Made by a program: the position numbers and the translations under genes
Assembly (NCBI RefSeq): GCF_020969955.1
Contig: NZ_JAHDSX010000070.1
Span: 1-7,717 of the forward strand
Reading direction: 5' to 3'
Length of the DNA stretch: 7,717 nt
From: Allobaculum fili
GTDB lineage: Bacteria; Bacillota_I; Bacilli_A; Erysipelotrichales; Erysipelotrichaceae
Shown here: positions 6,845-7,717 of the stretch, piece by piece
Position numbering within the stretch: the first letter of the stretch is position 1
Layout: every line of letters starts with the position of its first letter
Notes under the pieces: model-generated
The model's input: only the letters and a program-made list of their open reading frames with translations
Database searches by the model: none
What the model was told of the DNA's origin: nothing

Positions 6845-7407
6845 TCCGCCTTGACGCCATCGCCGCAGTGGGCAGAAACGGCGAAATCGGCTGGAAGGGC
6901 GATATGCCCTGGAAGCGCGGCCTTAAACAGGATCTGAAGTTTTTCCGTAAGGTGACAATGAAGCGCCCGGTCATCATGGGCTGCAACACGTGGAAGTCGC
7001 TGCCTGGACTGCTTCCCGGCCGTCTTCATCTTGTGCTCACGTCCCATGAAATCAATCGCGAAGGCGTGCTGACCTTTTCCACAGTCGAAGACTGCCTGAA
7101 GTGGCTGGACGCGTATAAAAAGCAGAATGTACATGTACCCGAATCCATAGCACTGGATCACGGTACGGTATTTGAACAGCCTGACGCTTTTGTGATTGGC
7201 GGGGCTTCGATTTATCGCGCCTTTCTGCCGTACTGTTCGCGCCTGATCCTGACGGAAATCGATGCGGACTTTGAAGCCGACACGTATTTTCCGGATTTTG
7301 ATCGAAACCAGTATTCCCGCCAGGTTCTCGATGAACAGGAAGACGGCAGCTATCACACCCGTCATGTGGTGTGGATGCGAACGACAGATCCTGCAGGCGA
7401 AGAATAA
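6841..7407 (+). CDS. folA: Dihydrofolate reductase, long form (188 aa)
   Basis: DHFR motifs are present: IAAVGRNGEIGWKGDMPW, DLKFFRKVT, PVIMGCNTWKSLPGLLPGR, FVIGGASIYRAF and LILTEIDADFEADTYFPDF. The GTG start overlaps the thyA stop (GTGA, 6841-6844). Confidence 0.88.
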   Translation: MIRLDAIAAVGRNGEIGWKGDMPWKRGLKQDLKFFRKVTMKRPVIMGCNTWKSLPGLLPGRLHLVLTSHEINREGVLTFSTVEDCLKWLDAYKKQNVHVPESIALDHGTVFEQPDAFVIGGASIYRAFLPYCSRLILTEIDADFEADTYFPDFDRNQYSRQVLDEQEDGSYHTRHVVWMRTTDPAGEE

Positions 7408-7499
7408 GAAGCGCCGGAAAACCAGTCGGGGAAATCCGGATCGAGAATCTCGAACCGGATGATGCAAAGCCCGATGTTTAAACTTAAGAAATGCATGCA

Positions 7500-7547
7500 A
7501 AAGGCTGCCTTCCTTCGAAGAAACCTCTTCGTCGTAAGGCAGCCTTT
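7500..7547. terminator. Long compound hairpin downstream of folA, a probable bidirectional terminator
   Basis: AAAGGCTGCCTT (7500-7511) pairs with AAGGCAGCCTTT (7536-7547), with an inner CGAAGA/TCTTCG stem. The plus-strand tail GTGTGTT is weak. The minus-strand tail TTTTGCATGCATTTCTT is better. Confidence 0.55.
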
Positions 7548-7574
7548 GTGTGTTGAATCGATTTTAGAATCGGG

Positions 7575-7603
7575 TTTATAGAACGTTCAGAAGTAAGTGT
7601 CAA
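7575..7603 (-). promoter_or_regulatory. Candidate hybrid sigma70-type promoter reading inward (minus strand) from the right repeat arm
   Basis: On the minus strand, TTGACA (7603-7598, inside the repeat) is followed by a 17-nt spacer and TATAAA (7580-7575, in unique DNA). The equivalent TTGACA in the left arm (116-121) has no -10 at a usable spacing. Confidence 0.35.
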
Positions 7604-7638
7604 ACAATCGACGGGTATACGCGAGACTGAATATTAGA

Positions 7639-7684
7639 TACGCTAAACGGGATCCCTTTCGAGATCCCGCTTGGCGTATTTTTT
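7639..7684 (+). terminator. Intrinsic terminator inside the right repeat arm, functional on the plus strand (terminates transcription leaving the segment rightward)
   Basis: TACGCTAAACGGGATCCC-TTTC-GAGATCCCGCTTGGCGTA (7639-7678) followed by T6 (7679-7684) and ATTCTT. Confidence 0.75.
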
Positions 7685-7717
7685 ATTCTTCATCGTTTTC
7701 TTCATACTTCGGATCCG
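7683..7717 (-). CDS. Mirror copy of the same ORF 3' end, reading inward on the minus strand
   Basis: Identical sequence by virtue of the inverted repeat, with the stop codon at 7685-7683 on the minus strand. Confidence 0.3.
   Translation of the reverse strand, partial: DPKYEENDEE

Larger units (their letters stand above)
7593..7717. repeat. Right arm of the perfect 125-bp inverted repeat (partner 2-126)
   Basis: Same comparison as the left arm. Coordinates map as p <-> 7719-p. The repeat reaches the last base of the window, so its true length is unknown. Confidence 0.97.

Noticed and set aside
7434-7460. Hairpin ATCCGG-A-TCGAG-AAT-CTCGA-A-CCGGAT after folA, which shares the 8-mer ATCTCGAA with the repeat-arm hairpin.
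   Set aside because: An 8-nt match is within chance for this length. The hairpin has no T tract and a 3-nt loop. I cannot assign a function or link it to the repeat.
7555-7578. Imperfect 2 x 12-bp tandem, GAATCGATTTTA/GAATCGGGTTTA, next to the right arm, with another AATCG inside the arm (7606-7610).
   Set aside because: There are only two units at 9/12 identity and no counterpart at the left junction. That is insufficient to call subterminal transposase-binding repeats.
1-7717. Phase-variable inverton or shufflon interpretation of the inverted repeats.
   Set aside because: Known invertons have short repeats (about 10-30 bp), usually sub-kb promoter-bearing segments and a nearby site-specific invertase. 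Here the repeats are 125 bp or more, the segment is 7.5 kb of housekeeping genes and no invertase is visible. Inversion by homologous recombination remains possible and is covered in the findings.

Overview
The two ends of this 7,717-bp window form a perfect 125-bp inverted repeat (2-126 vs 7593-7717, checked base by base). The 7,466 bp between the arms carry eight co-oriented (+) genes with ordinary Firmicutes-style housekeeping or metabolic functions: a 76-aa two-TM protein, glutamate racemase (murI), an M18 aminopeptidase, a gamma-glutamylcyclotransferase-like protein, an HDIG phosphohydrolase, a Cof-type HAD phosphatase, thymidylate synthase (thyA) and an unusually long dihydrofolate reductase (folA). 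Clear intrinsic terminators split them into about four transcription units. Three junctions are translationally coupled: murI/peptidase, HAD/thyA and thyA/folA. I see no transposase, recombinase, tRNA, rRNA or CRISPR array inside the window. Each repeat arm has the same layout: the last 11 codons of an inward-reading ORF, a roughly 18-bp GAAA-loop hairpin with a T6 tract that acts as an outward-facing terminator, and an inner terminus GTAAGTG... with a TTGACA hexamer 5 bp from the end. The main thing to follow up is this repeat-bounded, terminator-insulated segment. It could be the inside ends of two inverted IS copies (a composite-transposon-like unit with thyA-folA next to one arm), a segment invertible by homologous recombination, or an assembly artefact. 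The window cannot separate these because the repeats run to its edges. Secondary points are a 435-bp non-coding or decayed region ending in an orphan terminator, a hybrid inward promoter at the right arm, and an atypical DHFR.
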